Shown piece by piece: positions 1 through 14,632 of a stretch of 64,000 nucleotides of DNA (position 1 is its first letter; each line of letters opens with the position of its first letter). Location: contig MU060667.1 in the NCBI GenBank assembly GCA_013265495.1, positions 3,856,366 through 3,920,365 of the forward strand, given 5' to 3'. The position numbers and the translations under genes were made by a program. The notes below the pieces were generated by a model, which worked only from the letters and a program-made list of their open reading frames with translations, was not told the DNA's origin and did not search any database. This DNA comes from Vicugna vicugna. Taxonomy: Eukaryota.

Positions 1-569
1 CTGTACATGTATCTCAGAAAATTAGTACCATCAAGTCACAGGATTTGTGGGAACTCTAAAACTGACCTAGGTGAAGTTTCTGCTGAATTAAAGAATTCAC
101 TCGAGTACATTACTACAGAATCCATATATCGACAGCTTGTCACCAGCTATCGGCTTGTGAATAGTTCAGGTGAAGAGAGGACCTTGTAAAGCAGAGCTCT
201 TTGGTGTAATTTTGAATTTATAAAATCTTTTGTTATACAAAATCAGTGTCTGCTTCCCTATAATATGCCCACATTCTCTCCAGAAATCTAAAATCTATCT
301 GCTCTTTAAGCACCTAGGAACTGTATGCTTGTTTTGTTACAATGGTAGGACCAGATACTCAGGGATAAAAAAAAATAAGTAAGATTGGATTTATACCCTA
401 GAGGAGGTTACAGTCTTCTGACAACTTCTCAGGTGTTGGAGGAAAATTATTCATTTAAGGTCAATTTCAGTCTGCTTTAGTATTTAGGTAAATTTTTCAA
501 GTATAAAAATCTAAATATATATTACATGACAATTGTAACAGATAATCTCCTATTCAGGGAGTTTTGTTG

Positions 570-660
570 AAATATATATATATATAATATATATAAAATA
601 TATATAATAATATATAATATTTATAATATTAATATTATATATAATAAACTTAAAAAATAT
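570..660. repeat. AT-rich low-complexity / (TA)n tract
   Basis: About 90 bp almost exclusively A/T. Confidence 0.85.
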
Positions 661-1514
661 TTATTTTTAGGTAAGTTTAGCAGCACTTGAAACCTTAAAA
701 GTTTCTGAGTCATTGACTATTGAAGGTTTATCAAAATAAATATATCAGGTACATCTTTAATAATGACAGGAAAATCATCTGATAATTTCAGTTCTGCAGA
801 AGCCACATGTGAGTTTCTCTCTATAAAGTGATGCAATGATTTCAAAACCTAACACAGTCTCTATATACTATTACGAGATTTTTAGGGTATGAATCACAGA
901 AAGCAAGAGTCCTTCTGTATTCTGCACTGTTCCTTTACCTTGTTCACTTCTGAAAACCATATCTAAAGGGGCTACTGAGGTGTCTGAAAACAGTAAAAAA
1001 AATAACCAAGATGATGAAGCATTCAGAAAAGATTTTTCAGAAAGAACCATGGAAGCAAATGAGAGAGTGTGAGGGATGGATGTAACTGTCTTCCCGTCGC
1101 AGAGCGGCTGTCACCCAGATGAGGAAATAAGAGCAATTTTTTTGTTACTCTAAAGGGCAAAACTAAAACCACTGTCTGAATGTCACTGGGTAACATGTTT
1201 CAATTTATAATAGCAAGAGTCTTCTTTATTTAATCTTCCCCCATGTGAAAAAAGATGTTTCACTGAAAATAAAAGTGTTACAGCAAAAAAACAACTGAAT
1301 ATTTGTGTCTTTGGAAGCAATTCTCATGCTGTATGTGGTGTTTAAAGGAAGACAGGTAGGAAGGACAAAAGAAACAAGATGACAAAATTATATTTAAATT
1401 CCATATGTAGGGACTGTATTGAGTTGGAGAAGTTGTCAGCCTTCCAAAATTATGGTAGACAAAAAACAGAAACAATTACCCTAATTGTAATACATATAAC
1501 TTAGTATGTGTGTA

Positions 1515-1578
1515 CATATAACCTTAAAGTTATACAGGGCTGTATGTCAGTTATATCTCAATAAAATTGGAAATAAAA
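1515..1578 (+). mobile_element. Very short L1 3' terminus
   Basis: TGTATGTCAGTTATATCTCAATAAAATTGGAAATAAAA. Confidence 0.65.
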
Positions 1579-4500
1579 GCACGCACTTTTCTGTCTTGAT
1601 GATTATTGCCAATTAACTCTCTAAAAATGTTCCAATTTTATTCCCATCTGTAGTGTGACTGCCTATTTCCCCACAAGCTTGCCCAAATATGCACATTAAA
1701 ATGATATATATTCTTATTACTCTTTTCTGTTTGGTTTGTATGTATATATGAACTGCCTCTTCACACGTGTCCTCTTCCTGACCATTTTTTCCTAATTCAT
1801 TTCCTCCTGCTGCAGGCGGTTACTTGTCTTTCAATATTGCTATTTCCTCTAAACGGAAGCTTTAGGAGAATAAATTCTGTATGTTAAAATAATAATAATA
1901 AATAATGATAATAATTAATAAGAAGAGAAAGAGTTTGGAGTTTGCATGGGTGGCTTAGAATAGGTGCTCAGATAGAACAAGATGAGGAGAACATAAAAAT
2001 ACATCATGTGTTAAAAAGATCCAAGTAGAACCTGGAATTTAAAGGGATCCAGTAAACAGCAGGTAGAAATGTGATCATATCCATACCTGCAAACCAGAAG
2101 CAAAATACAAGAAAGGGTGAAGTTGAAATGTTCATATTCAAATGAGGTTTTTGGGAAAAACACATCTCATTAAAATAAAGTTGGGCCTGGATAGCATCTC
2201 AGAATCCTGCAAACGGGTATCATTCTACCACTTGTGACATCTAGGCTTGTATTGCTCCCAAGAAACTGCCTCTGTTATAAAGGCTTTGTTTTTGTTTTTG
2301 TATATTTTGATAAGAACTAGAACGTGACGGAAAGCTTTTCCCGAGTATAAGATCTTCAGTGGGTTCAAGAGGTTACCTTATTATACTAAACTGAAAGAGA
2401 GAAAATGTTCAGTTATCTCTCGTTCCTTTGAGACATTGTCAACACAACAGGGCTTGGCTTCAAATGAAAGAATACATAGTATCAAAGAAAATAATAAAGA
2501 TCTTTCTATAAGACTCTAAATTATATACACAGGTAACTCAAGAACTCATCAACCATTCTGGACAGTGGATTAAAATATTGTCATCAACTTCAACATGTTA
2601 GCAAAAAGCAATTAATATACCATCGTTCTGAACCTTTGCCCAAATTAAATCTTAGTGACAGTTTAATAGTACAAACATGATCAGTAAAACTTGAACTGTG
2701 TCCATGTACAATGGTATTTAATTTGCTTAAATTAAAATCTCTGGTTTTATTTCAGTTTAGTGGTAAAATAAGCAGAGGATGTCTTGCTTGTTTCTTCAAT
2801 TTGCCAATTTTGTGATCTACTTAACTTCAAGTGATACGACGTTTAGTTATCACCTTTTTATTGTCTCTGACTCAAAATGATTGGGTCCCAGTGCAGCAGA
2901 GTTTATATGAAGGCCAATTCAACACAGAGAGTCAGGCTTTAAACTCACCTGGTGTTTAATTACTAACGGATCTCATAATTTCATTGTGAGGCAATGTTTC
3001 ACTTATGAACCCAAAAAGTGTCCCCAGGTTAATTATTTCTCCTGTCTTTGTGCCACTACTTTGCCCTGATCTACCTCTCTAACAAAGCATCTATCATCGT
3101 AAAGATCCTTTTTTCACAATCTCATTTTTCCTATTAAATTGACATGTTTTTGACAGTACGGCTCACAGGTAGCTTATTTTTTTAATCCCCTGTTCATTGC
3201 ACATTGCTGGGCACCTAGTAATCACCCAATTTCATTTTCTTGAATTGAATTGATGGAATGATAGTGACATCCCAGAATAAACCATCTGAATGGCCTCTAT
3301 CCAGGTAGAAATAAATGCTCATTGAACTTTTGACATTCAGACCTCTTGCATCCATTTCACATTTGGAGGGGTAATGGCAAATCTATATCTACTCTGATCG
3401 ATACTGCACAGCTCCTGAAACACTGCAGAAGTGGAGATATCCTTCACGACAAATTGTTTCTGTGAGCAGTTTTGCATCCTTTTTGGTTTCCAGTGGCTGC
3501 AGTGAGATGACAATAAATAAAAGGCAGATGGTGTTAGAGAGTTTGAACATCTGATTGTCTTGTTAATAAACAGACTAGCCCCTGTAGAACTGTAACATTT
3601 GTGTTACAGTTGTTGCTGTTGTTCATTTGAAGTTAACGCAAGGGCTGCAGCCCCACCACCCTGAAACAGTGGACTGAAAAGAGGAAATGTTAGCCTAGTT
3701 TGTGAGTGAGACAGCCCAAGTTCAGTAGTTAGAAAATATTTCAAATTATTGATTGAATCTTGGAAATAACCTAGTGATTTCTTAATAATGTCTTCCCTTC
3801 TTAGGTAAAAAAATAACATATGTAGTCCATGTCTCCCCTTATTTTGATAAATTTCCCATTTTATTCATCTACAAGACAGTCTCTATTTTAAAAAACATCT
3901 TATGTTGATTATTATCTAAATTACATAGCTATTTCACGAACTTTTCATACACTGTCCACAATACCAATAATAAATTTGAAAATTAATGTCATTACCTTCA
4001 TTTAACATTGAGAACAGAAGCACAAAGATTTTAAGTAACTAACTCAAGACCACAGTGAATTACATGTCTGGGATACAAAGCCCAGTGCAGTGAGCTTGGT
4101 ATCCCTTCCTTTGTCCTCTACCCTCTTTCTTATGAGATCAAGTATCTCATGGAGTTAAAAAAGCAATTATGAAATTGACAAAGCAATTCACTGCCAGGTT
4201 GGAACATGTCCTTCTTTCTTAGCACTCGCAAAAAAGGGGGTTCTGTTTATGCTTGTCAGTACTTACTAAACACAAGACCATACTAAAACCATCAACTTTG
4301 CCTAAGAAAATACACTACAAGCACTAGTCAAATTTACAAAGTAGATTTATATATGTGCTTTATCTTGTTTCCCAAAATGGAAGCAGTGAATAGGTCAGAT
4401 ACACACAGCTGTATTTCTATCTGAATAAAAGACTGTGGGAATGGGAAAGCAGGGAGTCCCAGACATTCATTAAACTAGTTACAAAGCATTCAATTAACCA

Positions 4501-7213
4501 GACATTGTCAAAAGTCTTCATTTGCAATGTCACTGTGAAAAACGATTTTCCAATTCCCTTCAACCCAAAATTTGGACATTGTCTTTCAGGTGGCATGTCA
4601 ACACAGAAATAGTCTCTATAGGACAGTTCTGTAAATTTTCACTTTATGACTGAGGATTCTAATTTCTGGTGGCATTAAAAAATGTTGAGCATCTTCCTCT
4701 ACCAATAAAAGGGATATTATTTTCACCTGAAGTATACATAATTCAATAAGTTTAAACATAAAATCATTTCTGACTTGAGCGAAACAAAAAATAAAATAGT
4801 TGGGTTATAACTGTTTAACTGGTTGTCCATTTCCCTCCATCGTCTAAAAAGGAAGAATTATTTCCTCATTGAGCAATGTCTTTTCCAGCCTTCTTACTGG
4901 TGGGGGAGATGTAGAAAGGCAAGAATGGAACCAACCAAACGGTCCCATGTGAGAGTAGGTATTAGGGGAATAGATGCTGGCTCCTTATGATGTGAATGTA
5001 AACAGCAGAAGCCTGAAGAGAAGCAGAATGGAGGGTATAAGCAGGAAGATTATATGAACAATTATATAAAGATGAAGACTTTACGAAGACTTTGAGGAGA
5101 AACGCTTTTGGAAAAAAGAAGGAAATCTTTCAGCATATTCTGCTATAACAATTTTTCATATAATTTTTAATAGCTTATGTATCTTTTCAAATTTTATTTT
5201 TGAGGCTGATTTGTGTTTCTTTTTTGTTGCATTATTAAACTGGTGAATGGCTTAAAGTGCACCCACTTTGCTTTTTAAAAAAAAAAACTTTGGAGGACTG
5301 GCAAGCAGGATTTTGGATTCAATGTGCATTATCTAGCTGTACTGCATCAATAATAACTTCTTAACATAACTTCAAGCTTCCTTAGTTTAAGGAACAAGGA
5401 AATAGAGGTCAATCAAAATAACCCTTGGTATTTCTCTTAATCCACGTCAAAATGACTAGATATTGTGCAAATCATTCTACCAATTAGATCTCAAACATCA
5501 GAATAAATGGGCATCAGTAGTTGGATGTGTGGAGTGTAGCACCAGATGTACACACTGGGTCAGGCCCCTAGATGAGAAAGTCTAAGAAACTTCTGAGCAT
5601 TTCAGCACTTTTCCCAGATTCCACAAACAGATAATTGCTTAAGACACTAAAATCATTCCAAGAAGAGAGAGGCATCTGGGGCAGACCTGATTGGATCTAG
5701 ACCTGATTGGGTTGAGGGCCACTACAGAGCTTTGCTTGATAAAAGTGTCTCTAAGCTTCTGTGGTAGGTAGACAACCGGACCAGCTCTGTAGACATAGGG
5801 AGAGGAGAAAATCATAAGGTTATCCCCTCATCCAGATAAAAATAAAGGAAGTCTAGTCCAAATCAACTGATGGAAAAACAGAAGAGTACTTGAGGCAGGA
5901 TCTGCAGGGATAAGGGATGAGAGATGAGGGAGAGTGAGTGGGTCACATGTTCTCCCTATGCTTTTGGCTTGGGAGGCAGGAAGGAATTTGGCATCATCAA
6001 CCAAGACAGAAAATACGAGGAGAGAAACCAGTTTAAGGTAGTTCTGCTAAAATAGAATTCGGGTGGGGAGAGTGGATTCTGTTTGGTACATATGGCGTTT
6101 GATATGTCTAGTAGACATTTGCCAAAGTTTTCTATAGAGTATTATATGTCTGAAATCTTGTAACTGATGGCATGATTGCTAACACAAAAGGGTGGAAATA
6201 ACTTCCTAAGGAATATGGGGTGCAATGAGAAATTGAAGCTAAATAGATTTAATGACTCTTCTCAATTTTGAATGGAAAAATAACTTCTGAACTGAGTAAT
6301 CCCTGAGAAAGTAGTAATAAATAAAAGTTCCTTCATTGACATTTGTATCATTGTACAAATCTTATTACAAAAAGTATGTGAGTCTTTCACAGTTGCTCAT
6401 ACCTTTAGCCAGGTTCAGATTCTGGGTCAGCAAACCACTGTGTGGCCTCATGCAAGGAACTTAAACCCCAAGCTACAATTTGTTTACTCATGTTTACTTA
6501 CCCTTTAAAATTAGGGTGATGGTTAAATCTTTTAAAGTGTATAAAGCAATTATTACAGCACCTAGGGCCCCACAATGAATGACTGTTTCTACTCCTTCTT
6601 TAACTCTTTCTCCTCCTCATTATTTGTATGATTAATATTTTCATTGCTTTTGACATTGTCCCTCATTATACAGGTAGACCCTGTTTACTTATTGGTTGAA
6701 AAAAATTTGCTATGTATTTTTTTTATCTACAGTAAATTATAAATACCATTGTGGTTCAGACTAACCTGGGTATGAGTTCCATCTCTAAGAAGCAGTTGTG
6801 TGATCTTGAGTATGTCATTTAATTTTTATTAGCTTCAAGTTCCACAGTGCAGTCCTGGTATTTACTCCTATGATGGAGAAAGATAGCTGCTACGATGGAG
6901 CGGTGTCAGCGGGATCAGTATCAGTAGGTCCAGCCCTTCACATAGCTGTGATTTCACTGGGATACTTAAAACAACTTCGGTAATGTGAGAAAAGACTTCC
7001 ATACCCACATGGACAACTGCATAAGGACATGCCATTATGGCTCTGCACAACAGCATCCTGCCAGAGCATAACAAACCCAGATAGTCCCTCTAATATTTTT
7101 TCTTCATTTTTAATCACATATCAACCAACTTCAGTCAACAGATTGACTTTAATAGGGTACCCTGAGCATAGATTTTAATATTGAGATAGAAGATATTTGT
7201 CAGTACTTGCTAA

Positions 7214-7979
7214 TGTAACTGAGCAGGACCCTATTGTCATCATTGGTGACCATCTGTTATCTGTAATGATCCTTGGAACTGCTTAATTTATAATAGTTTA
7301 AAGGGTTTTTCTCAGGCTCTTGCCGACCAGGATTGGGCTGGAGAAGAGGGAGTCTTGGGTGATCTGCCAGCCCCTTTGTGGTGCTGTGTGCAGTGACCAT
7401 GCTTAGTGCCCTGCTCTTGCCCCCAGTGCCCTGCTCCTGACCCCAGTGTCCTCCTCTTGACGCATCGTGACTTCCCTGTATCCTGTTGCTCGAGCTGCAG
7501 GCCTCAACCTGTAGCAGGAGTTTCTAGGCCTCAGCCTGCTTAAACGTCTAAAAGTATTTATCAATCTGACTTTAAACTGCACAAGTTTTTTCCCTGAAGC
7601 TCTTTTCCACAGAGCCCCTTCCTGTGCATCCTTTGTTATAGGTACAGGATTGTTAAGAGAGTCTGAAAGCCAAAGATGAACCTCATATCCAGCAGAGGGG
7701 AAGGGACTGCTGCATCTGCAAAAACAAGAACAACTTTGCAACAATTTGTTATCCTGCACGTTATCTCTATGGAAACTAGCTCTGCCCCTTGAACTCTTAA
7801 ACTTTTACTATATAACCTTCTGCCTTCTCTCCCAGCAGGCTCACAGTCTTAGAGGCGTTAGCCCACTGTGACCTCTTTTGCCTGGCAAAGAAATAAAGCT
7901 GCCTTTTCAACTTTATCCAAAACTCTGTCCTTGAGTCTCAATTCAGTAAGTAGGGTACAGAGGCCATATTTTGACAACA
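7214..7979 (+). mobile_element. ERV1-class solo LTR
   Basis: TG...CA ends, flanks CTAA/CTAG (degenerate 4-bp TSD), TATA-like TATATAA ~7810, AATAAA ~7892. Confidence 0.85.
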
Positions 7980-10900
7980 CTAGTAATTGTGTTCTTCGGG
8001 CTGCTGCAACTATTGGTTTTTATTATTCTAAAAAGAGAAACAGAATATATTACTTGGAGCACATGTCTCCATGGTCTGGAAACAAATGTTTTAATAAGAT
8101 TTTTAGTTGTTTAACTATAAAGGAAAAATTATCTTCAGGAATTGATAAACTGTTAAAAAAAAAGCCAAACTAAATTATATAAGTTTCTCTTCACTGAGAG
8201 TGAGTTATATTCTTCTTCGAAATAGTGTTATTGAAGAGGAAATGGGCCTGAAATGAGTGAAGGAGGGAAGAAAGTGTTTTGGCATCGTAGCCTCAAAGAA
8301 GGATGGCAAGTTTATATCTGCATGGGGAGCTCATGGTTAAGGGAAAAATAGGTCGAGTTCTGGGGAGGAGAAGAGCATAGCATGAGTGAAAGAAATGCTT
8401 GTCCACTGGCAGGTAGAGCCTACATACACTAGGAAACATTGAAAACATTGATTATAACACAGCAAGACTGAGAAGTAAAGTGCTGTTCCAGAACAAAAGG
8501 GTAGAAAACACGAATGACCCCACAATGGATTGATAGATCATTTGAGAAACGTCTAAGAGAAGAGACTACGGTTAAATATTGAGTTTGTTCAAGTTGTCAG
8601 ACGGCTTGTACTATTGTTGTTTAGGAGGGAAGATAGGAGTAGCTGTATTATAAGACTTATATGGAAGTATTTCTAAGACGCTGGCACTTTTCAGCATTTT
8701 TAACAATTCCCTAAGTGATCTGTAAAAACACAATCACTTTAGTCCTCTGTATGTCCTCAACTTCCAGTTCTAACAAGGATAATTCATTGCACGCACCTCC
8801 CCTACACCAGTCTTCTCCAACTGAGACGGTTTGCTCTGCATCCTTTGTGAGTCATAAAGGGCAGTCAATAATTTACCATAAGATACATGCCAGTAAGAAT
8901 TTTTTTTTACAGTTCTCGAGTGTTTTGGGAGCAATGTGATAGTGAACACAGTTAATATAGATTTGTTTTTACTCTTTCTCAAAATGAGAGAAATGGGGGG
9001 GAGTATCTGTGAACATTATGCAATAAAAAAATTGTATTTTCTATTATCTTGCTTCAAGATTATTCTTCTGAATGTATGAATCCATGCACTCACACATTTT
9101 GGTCATCTTCTGGGATGCTAAGCCTGCCAGATAAGCAACTTGAGGATTGAATAAGTTGATATCGAGTTTAATCATTTGGGTGGTTGGAAATCTTTTTAAT
9201 TTTTTTCTGGAGAAAATGAATTGACAGGGATTCTTATTGTACTACTGTGGGTCATAGGAAAGGCTAACAAGAGAAATAGAAGTTCCAGGATGCAAGTTTA
9301 TCAGTCTGACCATTCCAGTACCTAAACGACATAAGACATGTACTTTTTCCTGTACCAAAATGGTGCTTGAATCCATTGGCTTGAGGCCTTGTCAAGATAC
9401 TGACTAATCTAATAACCCAAATCCATAATTGTGTGTCCATGGATATGACTCGATAAGGCATCTCTTCTCAAAAATATTTTTTAACAATGTTCATCCTAGA
9501 ATAATATACATATATGTATCAAACAAATCCAAATGTGTGAATTTCAGAAAATAACTCTGGTAGGTGAATCTCTTTCCACCTGAGTATAAGAATGGCAGAA
9601 GCCATACACATCCTTCACGTTTTCAAAAATAGCATCACAGCATGGAATCAAGAGAGAGGGAGAGAGAGAAGGCATGAGAACAAACAGCAAGGGAAGGGAG
9701 CAAATCTCCATAGATCTGTGCTGTGGACACTCAGATAAGTATTCTGACTTCATGTGGCTTCAATGAACAGCAAGATCCTATAAATCTTTAGAGACTGAAA
9801 CATCTTTGTTACGTAGTTCCCCACCTGAAGGAGTACAAACACCATGTTTTAATATGTCAGAATGTTAATGTTATCTCTCTATTGCAGAAGAAAAAATTCT
9901 ACATGAATAGGTATTGATTTCCTGACTGGGTGTTACTTACTATTTTACCTGATGTTAGTAACCGATAAGCCTTGCACAGGATTTCATTATAGAGATTCTG
10001 TTTCTCCCAGCTTTGTGCAGACTCTGATGCCAGGCCTTTTTATTGGTGTCTATAATCTGATGGACTTCAAATTAAAAGCAATGAAAATCACATTAGTCTG
10101 TCTCCTAGATGAGATATTGTTAAGACTAATGGGATAATGCAATCAGAGCTTTCTTAATCTTTGGATCTTAGAATCCAAGTTTTCAGACAAATAAAGACTG
10201 TGATGGGTTAGTACCCATTGTCATTCAGGAATACTGATAGATTTACCACTGTTGGCTAAAGGAATGTCCTCTGTAATATGATTTTTTTTCCCTGTGATGG
10301 GTGTAGAAAAGAGGAGGAAAGATAATAAAATTAGGAAGTCCACACAGAGGCAGAATGAGTATGACCACATTAAAGAAAAGTGTGTTATACGAAGTCTGAT
10401 GACTCATTATTAATAGCATGTCTACATAAGTATGTTTGATCATATTTGCTGAAATATAATTTGTTATTACACTACTATATATGCTGTGTTACAAGTAAGT
10501 CACAATAAAATCAGCTATTATAGGTAAGACTACAAAATCACATCATATATTCAAGATATACAAGATATTCAATTTATATATAAAGTATTCCAATAGATAA
10601 TGGAAAGGTCATGTGTTAGCAGTATCTGAGAGGATCTAAGTTTCCTGATTTTTAATTCAGTGTTCTTTTTCCTGCAACATGTTGGCTTTTCATGCAATGT
10701 CCTCTTATTTAAAACCCTTTAGTTGTAAACAATATCAATATGTTATTCAGTTATTTATTTACCTCACATATGTCATCATTGAACTACAACTGCATATGAG
10801 TAATCTGCAAGAAGCAGGCTGATAAACAATTATTCCTTCCTCAGTCCCTCTCTGTCTCTCAATTGGATGTTTGTGGTCCAAAAACATTGTCATGAAAGCC

Positions 10901-11684
10901 AAAGAAAGTGATGGGAGGGTATATTTCAAACTGCTTGAATTAGATTAGACATGGATACATGCATAGCTCATCGTTTTTTATTGATCATTCAATTTTTTTT
11001 CCTTTCTCATTCAAATAAACCTGATATATATTTAGTGTATTTCATGAGAGAGGACACTGTGGATCATTTGTACATTAGTAAGTCTAATTGCTTAGAATTT
11101 CTTTGCAGGTTAATGGACTCTGTGTGTGTAAGGGACTGACTAAGCAGCAGACATTTTGTTTTAACCCGAGTGCACCAGTAAAATCATAAATACTGTCTTT
11201 TCCAATCTCCCTTAATTTTAAGCAAAAAAAGACAAAAGAGCAAAATACTGGGATGACTGACACATTATTCCCCATGAAAGAAGTAACACCTTCTCAAATA
11301 TGGGTACTTTCTTTGCTCCTCTGAAAATGAGCATCACTAAACTCACTTGTAGCTCTCTGTGTTCATCTCAGTAAGGGCATCTGCTTGTAATGACATGCTT
11401 TGCATGCATCTATTCACCAGTGTTACCCTGTACAAGGGCCAAAGTTGCATGTTTCAATTGTCATCATCTCCATAGATTAAAAATAGATTAAAGAAGCAAC
11501 TTGCTGAAGCAGTTGATAGTGCAAGAGGACATGAGAGCTAAAGTAAGGGGAAGGAAAGCAATCACCTGTGATTTATGAAACACAGATGATTGACAGCAGG
11601 ACAGGAATAGAGGAAAGTAGGAAAAAAAAAAAACGCTACAACAAAACAAAACATGATAGCACCAGCTAAGAAATGAACACGCAC

Positions 11685-11815
11685 TAGTGGTACCCAGTAC
11701 AGAATGTTGGGCTGTGATTCAGTCAGTCCAGGGTAGACCTGAGAATTTTATTGTCAGCAAATTGCCACGTGATGCAGATGCTACTGGTTCATGGACCACA
11801 CTTTGGGTAGCGCAG
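11685..11815. mobile_element. MER5-like hAT DNA transposon relic
   Basis: GATTCAGT...CCTGAGAATTT...GTGATGCAGATGCTACTGGTTCATGGACCACACTTTGGGTAGC. Confidence 0.65.
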
Positions 11816-12619
11816 GTGCCTTCATATGGAGATCGTCTCAGTTCTAAAAGCTGGTGCAAAGTATGGATAAAATGATCCTTGTTTAATGATAAGCTGAAAA
11901 AGAAAACAGCAAAGAATGGCTATGAGGTAATTGATGTAAAACGCGCCGCTGCAAGAAACAAAAATGTTGTCTCCAGGAACCCTGGACACATGATCATTAT
12001 AACAATTTTGTGACATTCAGCTCTAACGCATGAATACACAGCTATAATCAATTTTTCCTTTGAGTACAGCACACAGTGAGTATTTGCTCTGTGCCTGGGA
12101 CTGTGCTGTATGGAAAGACAGAAGCAAAAGTCCCTGACTCCCTTGTCTGGTGCCTCCAGGAGCTCCCAGTTTACGGATGGGGCAAAGATATAAGCATATA
12201 ACTGCAAATAGAAAAAATTATATGCAATCAATATGTGTTCTACTTCTTCATAGTGTGATTTTAAACCTTAATTCTTGGCCCAATCTTGTTGAAACACGGA
12301 GATTTGTCTTCAATTTCTTCTCCCTTTGTTAAGGGGAGTCCAAGAACCCCAATGATTTATTCACTGCAATATTGTTAGGAGAAGCCTCGGGTATTTCCAT
12401 CAGCCCAGTCCAGTGCCCCTTTCACGTGGCACTGATGACAGAAAGGAGCTACCTCTCTTCCAAGATAGTTTTGGGCATGTTATGTCACCACAGTCATTTC
12501 TTGGGTACAAGGGCAAGAGCATCTCTGTAGTGTTATTGTGTATTCATGTGGCCATCAGTGTCATTACATCATTCACGTCATAGTTGACTGTAAATTCTTG
12601 GGAGACACACCGGGCAGGC

Positions 12620-13070
12620 CTCTTCTTGTGTTCTCTGCCCTCCCTGTTCTCTTTGCCTAGAACGCTGTTTGCCTACATAGTCAACTGCAGAGGTCACTCT
12701 CTCGTTTTATTTAGGTCTTCATTCAAGTGTCAACTTTTTCTAGTAACATCACCTCACTAGTCTTTGTAAAATTGGAATCAACCTTTCCAACTCTGTCTGA
12801 ATTCCTAGGGTTACTTCTCTCCACAGAATTTATTGTCAACTAATTAACTATCTATCGATCAATCGATCGATCGACCTATCTGTCTGTCTGTCTGTCTGTC
12901 TATCTTTCTTTCTATCTGTCTATTCTTTTCTATTTTTTTCTACCAGGATGTAATTCTTTTACAACAGAAATTGGTTTTTATCTGTTTTGTTGGGTATCCT
13001 TAATGCCTAGAACTTTGCTTGCCACATAAAAGGCCCTTGATGAATAAATGAATGAATAAATGCATGAATA
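12620..13070 (+). mobile_element. L2 3' fragment containing a compound TCTA/TCGA/TCTG microsatellite (12848-12922)
   Basis: TGTTTTGTT...TATCCTTAATGCCTAGAAC...TGAATAAATGAATGAATAAATG, an L2-type end. Confidence 0.65.
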
Positions 13071-14449
13071 AAAAGGCTGATGTGTCTGACAAACTTCCAA
13101 AGAAGGCCTTCTCCCAGAGTCTTCCTTCTTCAAAATTCATTAGAACATTATGGATAAGAAATGTGACAACAGAGCACAAGAAGAGACCGGTAATTTTTGC
13201 TGTTTTTCTCTGATGATTACATGTGTTCATCATGACTTTAATGTACATTATTTTCCTTGTAAATGTCTTGTTCATTTCGATTTGTTCTTTCCTGGAAAGT
13301 AAATAGCGACACAAAACACATTGTTTGATGTAGTTTGACAAAAAGAATGATTTGTCACTTTACAACTTTTCTATTAGTAGGTTAGCATTGTTTATCTTCA
13401 ATAATAAATCTAATATTTCACCTCATTATCTGCTATGAGAAGAATTATTGAAAAGTTACAAATAGTACACAAATATCATTCAAAAACTCTAAAATATGAC
13501 TGGTGGTACCCTTAAAAGCAACCAGAGATTAGTGTCTCATTAGTGCTAAACCCCCCGTATTATAGAAGATGGGGAAATAGGAGGCAAATCATCTTTATCA
13601 ACTACTAAATTCAAGCAAGAAATTAAGTTACAGTATATCTTTATGTTATATAGAAGTGAGAAACTTCAATAAAAATTCTTTTAAAAAAAAGAGAGAGACT
13701 TTATATATATATATATATGTAAAATCCACAAAGACAGTTTTTAGTACTTCACTATCTAAGTACACACACACACACCCCCATTCAGATTGCTATCATTGTT
13801 GAAAAAATGCTTAAATAATTACTTTTGAATAAACCCTAGCAGTATCAGTTTTTCTCATTTGTTTCCTGTGGAATCGTATTTAAGTATATGAAAGACTCCA
13901 GTCTCTGCGGAAGAGAACCACACTGAAGTCATTTGCTGAGGACATCAAGTGATTTAAACTTGACTTACCTCTCAGAATAATGACAAGATGACAAGGCACT
14001 TGAATTTAATTTTCAGTTAATTGTGTAGGGCTGTGACTGTTAATACAGTTTATCAGGCACTTAATAGAAACAGTAAATGTTTGTGTTGGGAGAAGACATG
14101 ACGTTTATTTAAATGCTGCATAATGGAAAAGGCAGAGCAGGTAGAGTGAAGAGATTTAGATGAAGTCTTGGCTTCGGCCCCAATTTAATTTGGTGTTGGT
14201 GGAGAAATCATTGAATGATGGTTAATTCACCAGTAGAAAGTTTTAATTTCAGGTCTACCTCACTCAGAGAGGTGCTTTCGGGATCAAATTGGTTGTTCTT
14301 CACAAACAAGATAAGGACCCTGCATCCTACACAGGTTGAGGATAAATATGTAACTAGTGGCATGGGTCTCAATCTAGAATGCTTTGCATATCCAGCTTTT
14401 CATGACACAAGTATAGAAAGGAAAAATATTGGCTTAGCCAAATCGTGTA

Positions 14450-14632
14450 AGACGGGTTCTGAAGTACGGTCCGTCTACCTGCAGCATCAGAATCCGCTGG
14501 GATCTTGTGCGAAATGAAATTCCTGAGCCCCAGCCCACGCCTCCTAAATCAGAAACACTGTATCAGACCCAGACACTTGTATTTCAACAGGTTCTGCCAA
14601 TGGTTCTGATTCTATGTGAAGCTTGAACAATA
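14450..14632. mobile_element. MER5A-like hAT DNA transposon relic
   Basis: GCAGCATCAGAATC...AAATTCCTGAGCCCCAGCCC...AAATCAGAAAC...TGTATTTCAACAGG. Confidence 0.7.

Noticed and set aside
7..189. 60-aa ORF with a few CpGs at the window start as an exon
   Set aside because: No recognisable protein and no convincing splice acceptor; context is cut by the window edge.
9544..9753. Minus-strand ORF with pyrimidine tract as an exon
   Set aside because: The tract is a GA-rich simple repeat without an adjacent AG acceptor, and the peptide is unrecognised.
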